A stretch of 33,072 bases of DNA. Origin: Blastocystis sp. subtype 4 (taxonomy: Eukaryota). The stretch spans positions 1 through 33,072 of the forward strand of contig NW_014569349.1 in assembly GCF_000743755.1 (NCBI RefSeq). The letters run 5' to 3'. This document shows positions 22,466 to 33,072 of this stretch, piece by piece. Numbering within the stretch: the stretch's first letter is position 1; every line of letters begins with the position of its first letter. The notes below the pieces were generated by a model. The model saw only the letters and a program-made list of their open reading frames with translations. It made no database searches and was not told where the DNA came from. The position numbers and the translations under genes are program-made.

Positions 22466-23683
22466 ATGTCTATTTCGGTTCCTCATACGAAACTCGGTGA
22501 ATTTGATGTAGATCTACCTGTAAACGATACTGGTTAGGTATCTACCCTAACTTTGGGTACTTGGCAGTTTGGCGATACAATGTTGTATGTCAAGCAAGTA
22601 ATCGTTGTTGCAGCCTATTAATAAGTAGACACCAGAGGTAGAAGCGAAGATTGTGAAGAATGCCTTTGAGGGTTGACTCGAAAGTCGTTTTCTTATGTGT
22701 AGTTGGCATTAATTTCTTTGATACTGCTGAAGCATACAATGATGGAGGCCGTTATTGAATTGGGGGATTCATTTCTAGTGTCTGAACAAGCATTGGGGAA
22801 TGCATTGAAAGCTTCTGGGAGAGAGCGTGAGGAATATGTTCTTGCAACCAAAGTAAATGGAGATAACTTGAAACCTGAGAATCTGCGTCGAATCTTTCGT
22901 CGGTCACTTGAAAATCTTCAGACAGATTATGTGGATTTATTACAAGTCGACTTGTCATTCTTGGATGATGATCAGATTCATTGGCCCAACGACGCTGTTC
23001 CTCCAAGCGAGTACATGCCTGTAGTAAAGGAATTCATTGAAGACGGTTCGATTCGTGCAGTGGGCATCTCGAATCATGGTTGTCAGGACATGCAAATAGT
23101 TTTGGATACAGGCGTATCTATTCTCTCCAATCAACTTCCGTACAATCTCCTGAATCGTGTTGTCGAGGACTCAGTAAGTGTGAGAATGTGTTTGTGACTG
23201 AGATTATTCCCTTCTGCCAGGAGCATCATATGGGAGTGTTGGCTTATTCACCTCTTGCTCAGGGTCTTCTCACAGGGAAGTATCATTGTGTGGAGGACTG
23301 TCCTCCTGGTCTTTCTCGCAGTCGTTATTTCAATCAAAGTCGTTCATCTTACAGTCGTCATGGTGAGAATGGATGTGAGACGGAGTTATTCAATGCATTA
23401 GAGGGCTTGGAAAAGATTGCTACTCGTAATCAGATGACACTGAGTCAACTCTCTTTAGCCTGGTTACGTCAGAAAGCTCCTACAAGTATTGTGAGTATGA
23501 TGAATGTGGTTAATCATTAGATCTTTGGAGCTAGTAAACCAGAACATGTCTTAATCAATGCTGAGTGTGTAAATTATCATTTGGATGAGTCATTGATGCA
23601 TGAGATTGACGAATGTACGTTACCTGTGAAAGAAGCTCTTCATGGTAATCCTGATCTCTGGAATCACACTTCGAGAGTTCATT
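22466..23683 (+). CDS. Aldo/keto reductase, multi-exon; stop probably created by poly(A)
   Basis: LGTWQFG, GINFFDTAEAY, LATK, DLLQ|IHWP, AVGISN, NQLPYNLL and AYSPLAQGLLTGKY. Confidence 0.9.
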
Positions 23684-23710
23684 CTTCTATTTCTTCAAAA
23701 CAAACATCCC

Positions 23711-26700
23711 ATTTCACTCGTTTCCTTTCTCTTTCAATCTCATCTCCTTCTCGTTTCTTCTTATTCTCTTCATCAAATGCATGTGAAGCTAATAACGAGA
23801 GAATGAGTTCCTTTCGGTAGCCTTTCATCTCCTGTACATGAATGCCTACAGTAACTGGCTGGAACGTTTCCAACGTGTCATTAGGATCATTCTTATTCGT
23901 TAGTACACATGTTTCTGGATCAAAGTCAAATTCATTATTGTAATTATGATTCAATTCATTCTTCTAATTGTCAAAAATCGACCCTATTTTTACCTTATTC
24001 GTATTATTGATAAATATGGTCCCTTCAATTCCATATTTAGGTACCCATACTTTGACTCCATTTTTTTTACAATTCATAATTACTCCAGTAGCTGTTTCAT
24101 TCTTCTGATTGAAGAAAATTAAGGTAAACAATTCGACACTATCTCTCCCTGCCAACTGTGCATTCCGATGGCGTACATTCATATTCTACTGATGAAAACA
24201 AGGAGCTACCATTACATCTGTTGCAGTTGTCATGAATTCTCGTTCTGTATATTCTGAGGGCAGAGGAGCATACCCCTCAGCAGCTGCTAAAAGACGATGA
24301 ACCATGTCATCAGCGTAACGACGAATAGGAGAAGTGAAGTGTGTGTAAATTGGAGCAGCCAAACCTGAATGTGAGAAAAGGAATAACAGAGTGAGGGATG
24401 TGGATGAGTCAGTGATGAGGTGATGTGATGATGAATGAATGAGTGTATGATGAATGAGAGTGAATGATTTGATGTTTGTAATATGTGAATGAATGATATG
24501 ATGAGATAAATGATTGATTTGGGATCCCAACATTTGATTGATCTGATGAATATCACAACTTACCATAGTGATAATACAATTCTGGAGATACTTCACCAGA
24601 AGGAAAATATACAGCCTGTGTCATACAACGAGTGACCAGAATTCTTAACAAACGATTATAGTATGGTCTGTCTGGAATTACAGCCTTATCTAATGAATCT
24701 GCTAATTCCTTGTTACTATCACAATTCAATTCAAACTATTCATAAAATATGTACTATTTTTGTACTCCAGAATTTCGAGCGATTTTTATCAAACTTTCAA
24801 ATCGAGTTCTAGGAATGATTTAAACTCTCTTACAAACTCACTTATCAGGAACCGGATGCCTTCTTAAGATTGCTAGCTTGGGATATGCATCCACGATTCG
24901 TTTAGCTACCAAGCAATTTGCCAACAACATGAACTCCTCCACCAGACTATTCGTCTCATGAAGTTTATAGGCATCAAGACTCAGAGGATCTTGACGCTCA
25001 TTGTCCATCTCAAAATGAACTTCAGGAGAAGCAAGATTCAATGCTCCTGCATTGATTCGACGTTGTTTGAGTTTACGAGAAAGAGAATAGAGAAGATGAA
25101 TGGAATGACCAATTTCGGATGTATTATCGCCATTATCAAGATACGACTGAGCTTCACCATAACTACAGTTTAAGTGATTGAATCAATGCAACCTCATGGC
25201 TTTGCGTGAACGAATGATTGTTTTGACAAACCGTTGATTTAACACCTCCGCTTCGTCATTCATTTCAACAATCACACTGAATGCAAAACGATCCTCTCCT
25301 CCAACTAAAGAACACAAATTCTCTGTGAGTAATTTCGGAAGCATATCTAATCGTCTATCAACCAAGTAGGTCGATGTAGATCGATTTCTAGCTTCTTGAT
25401 CCAGTGGTGAATCGTGTTTAATGTAGTACGAAACATCAGCAATATGAATTCCCACTTCAATATGACCATTTGGTAGGTCACGTGCATGCAGTGCATCGTC
25501 AATGTCTTTGCATCCTGGTGGGTCAATCGACACAATACAACAATTCTCTCGTAAGTCTACACGACCACGACTATTCTCTTCTGTGATCTTCCAATCAGCA
25601 GGAGGAAGACAATCCAACACTTCCTTACTGAACACATTCGGAGGAATATCATGCTCCAATAACAATACCTGTGTTTCCACTTCTCGATCTCCAATCGGTC
25701 CTAGTGATCGCAAGTAATGTCCCACGGGATAACGACTTGAGCATGTCCAATCATCTATCGCCACTACAATTCGCTGATTCAACAATCGATTGTATTGGGA
25801 AGTTTTCAGACGGATTTTTGGAATTCGAGAATTCACAGGATCAAACAAAACCTATCTCAGAAAACAACACAAATGCTTACATAACCTTGAATGTGACCTT
25901 CAGCGATGGGTTCGATCGACCCACAATAACTGCGCCAGTTACGTCTTGCGATCCCAACAACACGACCTGACATTACTCGATCACTATTCTCCTCTTCCAC
26001 CATTTTTGCTTCTTCTGCTTCTTCTTCAGTGTTATTCGCAATCAAATATGCAGATTCCGATTTCCAGCCAGATTTCGGATAGACTTCAATAATCACTTGA
26101 TCTCCATCAATAGAACGATTAATATCATCTCGACCCTTAATTAACACACTCTTCTCACTGGTAGATGTCTATTCATTAAAACGTGGAAACGTGGAAACAT
26201 GAATCGTCACATGTCCTTCCCAAATGTTATCAGGATTAGAGTGATAGATACCTTTAAACAATCGACCACTCTCCAATCCCTGCTTAATGATCTCATCATC
26301 CAAGTAATTGTAGTAGATCACGTTAGCTCCTTGTTCTTTACTTAGAATGTATTGTCGTTTGACTGGATCATACTACAAATCATTTCTTCGAACTTCAATG
26401 ACATGACTCGCAGGGATATCACCTTCTTGTATCATCGATGGATCTGCCGTTTCAATTGATGCAAGGTTCAGATGATCACTCAGTCCGGAGTAATCTTCTC
26501 TTAATGAATCCACAAATTCTGTGATTGTCATGCAACTGACATGGGAATGCTTGGAATATACTGTCTGTTGTTGAACAGTATTTGTTAGAACCATGGGAAC
26601 AATCTCATAAGACTATGGAAATATCCTCTTCATAATTCATACTTTAAAGTGTTCATAGAAGTACTGAGTTGCAGTTACTAGCAACCGTACATTGTAGTCA

Positions 26701-27184
26701 TCTATAGACTCTTCCATTTGTCGATCCACTATACCTCATCAACAATCACTAAAACGGACAGTAAGTCCTCTCAAAATTCTGATTTGCAAAAAAGACCCAT
26801 CGCTTGGACGAATTCCGCAACAACGTACTCACTTGATTGAATACAGAAATACTACGTTTGCGAACTTCTAAAAGGACGGACTGAAGAATAATCACATCAC
26901 AAAGGGGAGGAATCTCCTGCTGTAACAGATCTTCTTGATTCACTAAGACCTCGGCATCCGGAATCAAATATTCGTGATTAAATGGATCTGCAGATAATGT
27001 AATCTTCTCTCCAGCTTCCAACTCACATGAATCGCAGACATCAGAATTACAACTGATAAAGTCTCGCAGATAAAGTTCCTACACATTTGTGAGATTATTT
27101 CAATGAAATATAAACACGTACCCTCACCATCTTCATGACTTTCCCCTTTCTCGTCTTCATATTCACCGTATACGAACGATTCAT
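23711..27184 (-). CDS. DIS3: Exosome exoribonuclease DIS3/Rrp44 (CR3-PIN-CSD-RNB-S1), multi-exon; stop created by poly(A)
   Basis: [19 protein letters not shown]3 [49 protein letters not shown] and VPKYGIEG. Confidence 0.95.
24365..24563 (-). repeat. 199-nt DIS3 intron filled with degenerate TCAT/TCAC low-complexity repeats
   Basis: GTAAGT...CAG between YYHY-G and LAAPIYTHF; body made of tcat/catt/tcac units. Confidence 0.8.
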
Positions 27185-27419
27185 GATGAAAGAATAGTTC
27201 CCTTATGGATATCGATCGAGAAAAGTGCTTGTCCAAGAAAAGGGCGTTTCATTGAAGGAGTAGTCTTTCATTATGGGTTCTTGAAGATTATCGATCCAGA
27301 GTATAATTCCAAATTCCATTTCCCTCCCACACGGAAACCCATTTCAAAACCATTGTCACTCTCCAGAAGTAATCGCACTTCATTTCTCTTGATTTGTATT
27401 CGATTCAATTGATTGTGTC

Positions 27420-28594
27420 ATGCAAGTCCTAGAGAACTTGTTCTTTAGTGTTGGACTTGAATTCGTATCTGACTGTGTAGTTTTCTACAGTGTACTTTAT
27501 GCGAATGAAATCAAATCTAAAGTATCGCAGCAAACTTGTAAAGTACTTATTTACTGGGTTTATTTGGTTGGTTCCGCTTTTGGCAATCTTGAGTACGTTT
27601 CCGATTTTTCTGTTATATTTCTTTAGCAATATTGATTTTGTATATAGAAAAAGTAAATTCAACTACAATTAATGTGGAAGCAGGATTATTGCTTCTGGAG
27701 CTTCTCTTTATGTTTTTAGCTAGTCTGTTATCTCCAGGATACTGTGTGGATATGGAAGGGGAGGAAGACGTGGAAAAGACATCCTTGTTGAACAAGTCTG
27801 ATGTTCCCGGTACAAGACGTGGAACAATGTGTGAGAGTTGTGGAATCAAACGACCTCTTCGGAGTTGTCATTGTGCAGCGTAGTTCAGGATGGGTCCATT
27901 TCACAAGTAGTTGCGACAAATGTGTAGTTCGATTCGATCACCATGATATTCTCATTAACAATTGTGTTGGATATGGAAATCAACATTTCTTTGTCTTGTT
28001 CCTTATTCTAGGCATCATGGATTCACTTATTTTTCTCTTTAAAGGAGTTCTTATTCCTCTTTTTACCTTTGGACTGACTCGAAGAACATTTATAGTTCTT
28101 TTGGGAATCTTTATTGTAGATTGAGTTAAATTTGTAATATTTTAGTTAATTAAGTTTCTATATTATGCTCTTCAATTGAAAGAGATGCTTCCGAATGTTC
28201 TAGAGAACATTACTCATTATGAATCCCTTAATGCTTATAAGATTGGATATTTGAAAGATGAACGATTCCGGTTCTATAATCCCTTTGATTTAGGTGTTAT
28301 GAAGAATGTTGCTGAATTCTGTCATTTGTCACGAAACTGGTATTTTGTATCATTATTACATTAATTGAACTAGGATGAGTACTTATTATTACTGTCTTAT
28401 GGATATTCCTAATCATCCTCTTCGTGTGAAGGGATTACAGTATCTACAATCCAAAGATAGTGAATCTAAACAAAGGACAAATGATACTCATATGGAGGTT
28501 TGTACATGTCCCAAATGTGGGAATCAATTGTATTGTCCTGCGGGAGCTGTATCTCTTAAATGCACTTGTGGTCATGTCTTTTCTGTTTCAGTAT
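27420..28594 (+). CDS. DHHC-family palmitoyltransferase-like protein with DHHD and a C-terminal Zn ribbon (5' end uncertain); stop created by poly(A)
   Basis: SPG, CESCGIKRPLRSCHC..CDKCVVRFDHHDILINNCVGYGN, NITHYE (TTxE-like), NPFDLG...N...F and CPKC...CTCG. Confidence 0.85.
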
Positions 28595-28665
28595 TATCTG
28601 TTTGTTGACATTTGAAACCATTTGATCGAACAAACATTTCAACCACAGAACACACACATAAAGGA

Positions 28666-30810
28666 CTACATTTCAAGACGTTTCTGAATCCCATTCACAA
28701 TACTCGTTGCCTTCTCCACCATAGCCTTCATCGCATCTTTCCTAAACAGAATCTCCTTCGATTGAACCTTTCCAATATAATCATGAATCGTTTCTAATGC
28801 CTCTTGTAATGACTTCATCTCCTCTTCACTCGCTTCCTCCACAAACTCTTTCTCTTCCGAACTCAACTCCAAATCGTAATATGAACTCTCCAACTCATTC
28901 AATGCTCTCTGATCAGCACGAGTTTTCGTATCACGATAATTCATCTCCTTGAGTTTTCTTCGACTTTCTTTCAAATCTGATGCACTCATTGGCAAGATTC
29001 CTAAATTCTCCACGATTTCTGTCACTACTAAAGGATCAGTTCGAGTGCGTCCTCGTAACATTGCCATAGGATCTCCTCGTCCATATCGATAGAATGGATA
29101 CATTGAACGACGCTGATAAGCAATTCGATCTACAGATTACTGCATAAATCATTCACAACCTTCTTGTGTGATGAATTTACTCACCAATTCGGCTTTCTTA
29201 ACTCGAATCAAACCAAATTCATCCACTTGGTAAACAAGTGTAACATTCGATTCAATGCGATTCTCAATCGATTCAACCAAATTATGAATTCCTCCAATAT
29301 GATACTCTGCTAATGTACCTCGGATCTGATTCTCATGATAATGCAAAGCAACACGAAAATCTGAAGAGGCGGGAAAAGTGAAAGTTCGTTCCCTTTCATA
29401 TCCGTAACGCCCAGCAAAGACGGGAAAACTGGGAATTCGACCATTATTAGCAGTAATGTAATCCGCTTCATCGAAGTTGTGAACATCTTCTCGCATACGA
29501 TAAATCGTTGTGAATACAGTATGAGATGGTAATTCATACACTTTTTCAAGACGATTTCTGGAATACTTCGAGCCACTTCCATAGTACACACAACCCAATG
29601 CAGCACTATCATCTGTATTCAGATTTGTATTCACAGATAACTTTCCGACTGCCTGCTGCAAAATCGTCTGGAAAAGTGGAATTCGAGAAGATCCTCCCAT
29701 AAGTTGAATCTCACTAAAGTCATTCTATTTGTGACACACTGAAATCATTCTTACGACACTTAGATTCAATCGCTCCAGTAAGGTCTGTAACGGCTGTAAA
29801 ATAGCTTCTACGACATTCAAGGCATCTTCATCGAACTCATCTCGCTGAAGAACGAAGTGAAGATCTTTCCCTCCATACAAACCATTCTCATTAATCTCCA
29901 CTTCACGATTTGCTGATAGGATCTCCTTGTATTTCTGACTGCTAGATCGTAATCTGGCATTTGTTTTAGCATCTTGACGAGGATCTACATGATATTCCTG
30001 TTCAAATCGATCTGCAAGGATTCCCGTGACTACATTTGTAAAGTCGTTTCCTCCAACCTCAGTAGATTCCTTTCCCAACACAATCACGTTCCGTTTGAAC
30101 GCAGTGTTATCTTGAATAGATTCAATCTCGACCGCACTCACTTCGGTATAATGACTTCCAACGTCATACACTAGAAGACGTTTTACACCTTTTCCAGCTC
30201 GTGTCATCGCAAATGTGACAGCACTTGCTGTAGTCTGATCAATCAGCGATAAAACATGAATATCCACAAGTCTAGCAGCATCCAGAATAGCCTGACGTTG
30301 TTGCTGTGTGAAAGAAGATGGAATCGAAATCACAACATCACGACTCGTTTCACCATATTCCTTGTGAACAATCGACACAATGTAGTCAAGAATCATTCCG
30401 TTCAATTCTTCTGCCGTCACTGAAGAAATGTCAGTAAACCCACTCCCCGGAAGGAGTCTCAATGCCCATGTATTTCTTTCTGTGAGCACAAACTCATAAG
30501 GATAGCCACGCTGTTGAAAGGAAGCAGGTTTGTTGGATTCGGCTCCTTGGCCAAGGATCTCATTCATTCCAGAATAAACATACTCCGGCTTTGTTGTAGT
30601 AGTAGATTCGGCAATATTTCCAAAAGACCGAAGATCATCCCCAAAGAAGATAGAGTTATCAATTTTTCGCTTTCCACTAGCATCAGAAACAATTTCAGGT
30701 GGTCTGTTGAAGGGCTGATAAGCAACCTTGATGAATTGCGAGCCAAAGTCAATTCCAATAAGATAACTCACTGCAATTGGTATCAGGAAAAAAGCTAATC
30801 CAAATTTCAT
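28666..30810 (-). CDS. ER Hsp70-family nucleotide exchange factor, HYOU1/Grp170/Lhs1-like, 3 exons
   Basis: Signal peptide then IGIDFGSQFIKVA, KRK, KEILSAN, MGGSSRIP and NLNTDDSAALG. Short, with no KDEL. Confidence 0.8.
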
Positions 30811-30932
30811 TCTGATAATTGGATAGTATGAAGAGTCTTCGAGAAGACTCATTGTTCGAAATGCATTTGACGAAGAAAAATCGTCCTAACAATGCAAATC
30901 ACATGTTAGTAACAAACAATGCAACCAAAAAC

Positions 30933-32084
30933 TCAATCCCTCTTTACAATCTGTACAACATCCTCATCACATAACTTATGATCCAATCCAACACGTTGCG
31001 GTTGATATTTCACAGAAGAACCCCATACCCAAGCATACTGAAATTGACGAGCAATATCCTTATGCAACCGATTACAGAAATCTCTTACTGTTGGATTCTC
31101 TGCATGAAGGATCACAGGTTCCTCGTAATCTGGAATCTGACCCTATATATCACTTCCTTCTGACCATTCTCACCTTTGGTTTGGTATAAATACGGATAAT
31201 CTTACAATACTCCCAAATCTTCTCTAATAATTCATCGAGATTCCATTCGCGCCCTGCACATATAGGAACACAATGTTCAAGCTATAAATCATTTTTACTC
31301 TATGTGTCTTACCTCTGCTAGAATATCCAGCTCTTCAATGGAGATTTGGTCAATCTTGTTCAGAACATATAAGCAGGGCATATAAACACGATTTCCTTCA
31401 ATTACATCAATCAGGTCATCAACTGTGGCATCACAACGAACTGTGATATCAGCATTATGAATCTTGTATTCATGAAGGATCGAAGAGACGATTTCAGCAT
31501 CTAATTCACAGTTCTTAGACATAATTTGCAGATTTACACCACCTTTATCCTTCATCTTGAAGTAGATGTTAGGTGGCTGCTTATTCAACCGGATTCCAAA
31601 TCCTTCCAATTCCTTTTCTATAAGTCGTTTGTGTGTGACAGGTTTCATGGCATCAAGGACGATCATCAACATATTACAGGTACGAGCAGTACCAATAATC
31701 TGACGACCTCGTCCCTTTCCATCCTTAGCTCCTTCAATGATACCAGGCAAATCCAAGAGTTGAATCTTTATAGTGAATAACACCAGGAATACATGTAAGC
31801 GTAGTGAACTCATATGCAGCAACTTCTGAAAAGGTACCAGTCAATTTGGTCAAAAGAGTGGATTTTCCAACAGAAGGGAAACCAATCAGACCAATACGCG
31901 TATCTCCAGCCTTCGTGACATCAAAACCTTCACCACCACCCTTTGAACTCTTTGGAGTCAAGATTTCTCGTCTTAACTTGGCAAGTTTGGCCTTCAACAA
32001 ACCAATATGCTTCTCAGTTGCCTTATTCTTCTGAGTCCTTGCCATCTCCTCCTCAATTTCTGCGATTTGTTGAACTAAGCTCAT
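30933..32084 (-). CDS. DRG1: Developmentally regulated GTP-binding protein 1, with an apparent frameshifting deletion at ~31766
   Basis: [51 protein letters not shown] and TGS VWGSSVK...DEDVVQIVK. Confidence 0.92.
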
Positions 32085-32413
32085 GGTTGGTTAAACAAGT
32101 TGCTCAATCGCGTTTTCAAAGAAAGAAATGGAAATTGGAATAATCTTTGGAATTGTAAGAATCCATCCGATTTAGGAGAGTATCATATTTCCAGAATCTT
32201 TATTAAATCGTTAATGGTCTGATCAAGTTTCATATGACCTCAGTATCTTGCGAACAAACAATTGTGATCATAAATACATGTACTAATTGGTGGGATATAT
32301 GAGGCCTACTCCATCTCCTGCATTATCCAGAATCACTTCAATTCAATCAAGAACTAAAGTAATGTGAGGATATGAATGTGTTGTTGAAAAGGGTTAGTGA
32401 AAGAAATGAAAAC

Positions 32414-32521
32414 AAGAACGGTCATATCTAGTGGAAAGCGCCCTAACCCGTCTGATCTAGCATTACGAGTTGAGTTAGTACCAGTGTGTTTAACCCGCTG
32501 AGAAGTCTCAATGCTGTTCTT
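32414..32521 (+). rRNA. 5S rRNA-like gene, divergent with an ~9-nt internal deletion (possible pseudogene)
   Basis: Helix I AAGAACGGT/GCTGTTCTT, CATA, helix II TAGTG/CATTA, loop C CCCGTCTGATCT, GTTAGTA loop E, helix V TTGAG/CTCAA, helix IV CAGTG/CGCTG, then TTTT. Confidence 0.88.
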
Positions 32522-32865
32522 TTCTCTATTCTTTTAATCGATTAATCTTTCAATATGGAATAAGATTCAATGAATTCGTTATTATAAGACACATTAGTTA
32601 TCTGATCCAAATCTATGTTTATCATTCTTTTGATATTGATGAGATAGTATGAATCTACATGGATAGGTTGGCTTTTTGGCTTGAATATAATGGCAAATGT
32701 TATATGAATGTTTCTATATCATTGCTGTTAATTATCTTAACAGCAAAGCATGATAATCTAATCAGATTGAATGACAATAATGATAGTCAGACAACATGAT
32801 ATGTCCTAATTCATAATTAAGTGATACAATTGTTTGATTTTACAAGCACAGAAAGATGTTAACCA

Positions 32866-33072
32866 TTAACAGGATTCAGTATTCTCATTAGGATAAGGAT
32901 CATCACCATAAGTGTTCAATGTATCACCCATCTCCCAGTTCCAAATGAAACGACATTGATTCACTTCCTGATTATTACTCATATCATAGCATCTCAGATT
33001 ATCAGAATTCGTAGTTGAACACATTGTATCATATGATACTGATACTTGCATAGCACGAATACTCACTCCAGT
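32866..33072 (-). CDS. 3' end of a hypothetical Cys/Asn/Asp-rich protein entering from the right edge
   Basis: Frame open from the window edge to TAA at 32866-68; no recognisable family. Confidence 0.45.
   Translation of the reverse strand, partial: TGVSIRAMQVSVSYDTMCSTTNSDNLRCYDMSNNQEVNQCRFIWNWEMGDTLNTYGDDPYPNENTESC

Noticed and set aside
23684..23820. Overlap of AKR and DIS3 coding ends
   Set aside because: Disappears once poly(A)-created stops are applied.
24186..24596. His/Ile/Ser-rich 136-aa and 89-aa ORFs
   Set aside because: Translation through the TCAT-repeat intron of DIS3.
26181..26198. Tandem (GTGGAAAC)x2, CRISPR-like end motif
   Set aside because: An 8-bp duplication inside a 30-nt DIS3 intron; no array or spacers.
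32441..32449. CCCTAACCC as a telomerase template or telomeric seed
   Set aside because: It lies inside helix III/loop C of the 5S-like sequence and is explained by that.

Overview
This is gene-dense eukaryotic nuclear DNA, not prokaryotic. About 21 genes are split by many ~28-33 nt GT-AG introns, and a TGTTTGTT motif sits at most 3' ends. That combination matches Blastocystis; the low GC (roughly 40% by eye) suggests a low-GC subtype, which is an inference. Genes in order: Ig-like surface protein (partial), EF-hand Na+/Ca2+ exchanger, POLA1, GPATCH11, PS decarboxylase, PDI-like, a membrane protein, SERINC, a tail-anchored protein, LARP7-like, COQ11-like SDR, mito uS5, RPS21, Rab8, aldo-keto reductase, DIS3, DHHC-family protein, HYOU1-like, DRG1, a 5S rRNA-like gene and a partial ORF. 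Main observations: (1) seven genes appear to have no proper genomic stop and get UAA from polyadenylation exactly 5 nt upstream of the motif. This is known for Blastocystis, but here it also resolves a false 551-aa fusion. (2) There are four ultra-short U12-type introns (AT-AC x2, AT-AG, GT-AG) with the branch point only 7-8 nt from the 3' end. (3) The 5S rRNA copy lacks box A, and nearby DRG1 carries a similar microhomology-type deletion. (4) There are probable pseudo-enzymes (DHHC->DHHD, DIS3 PIN). (5) A hairpin-rich ~290-nt intergenic segment is unexplained and may be an ncRNA. All gene models were spliced by eye; no searches were run.
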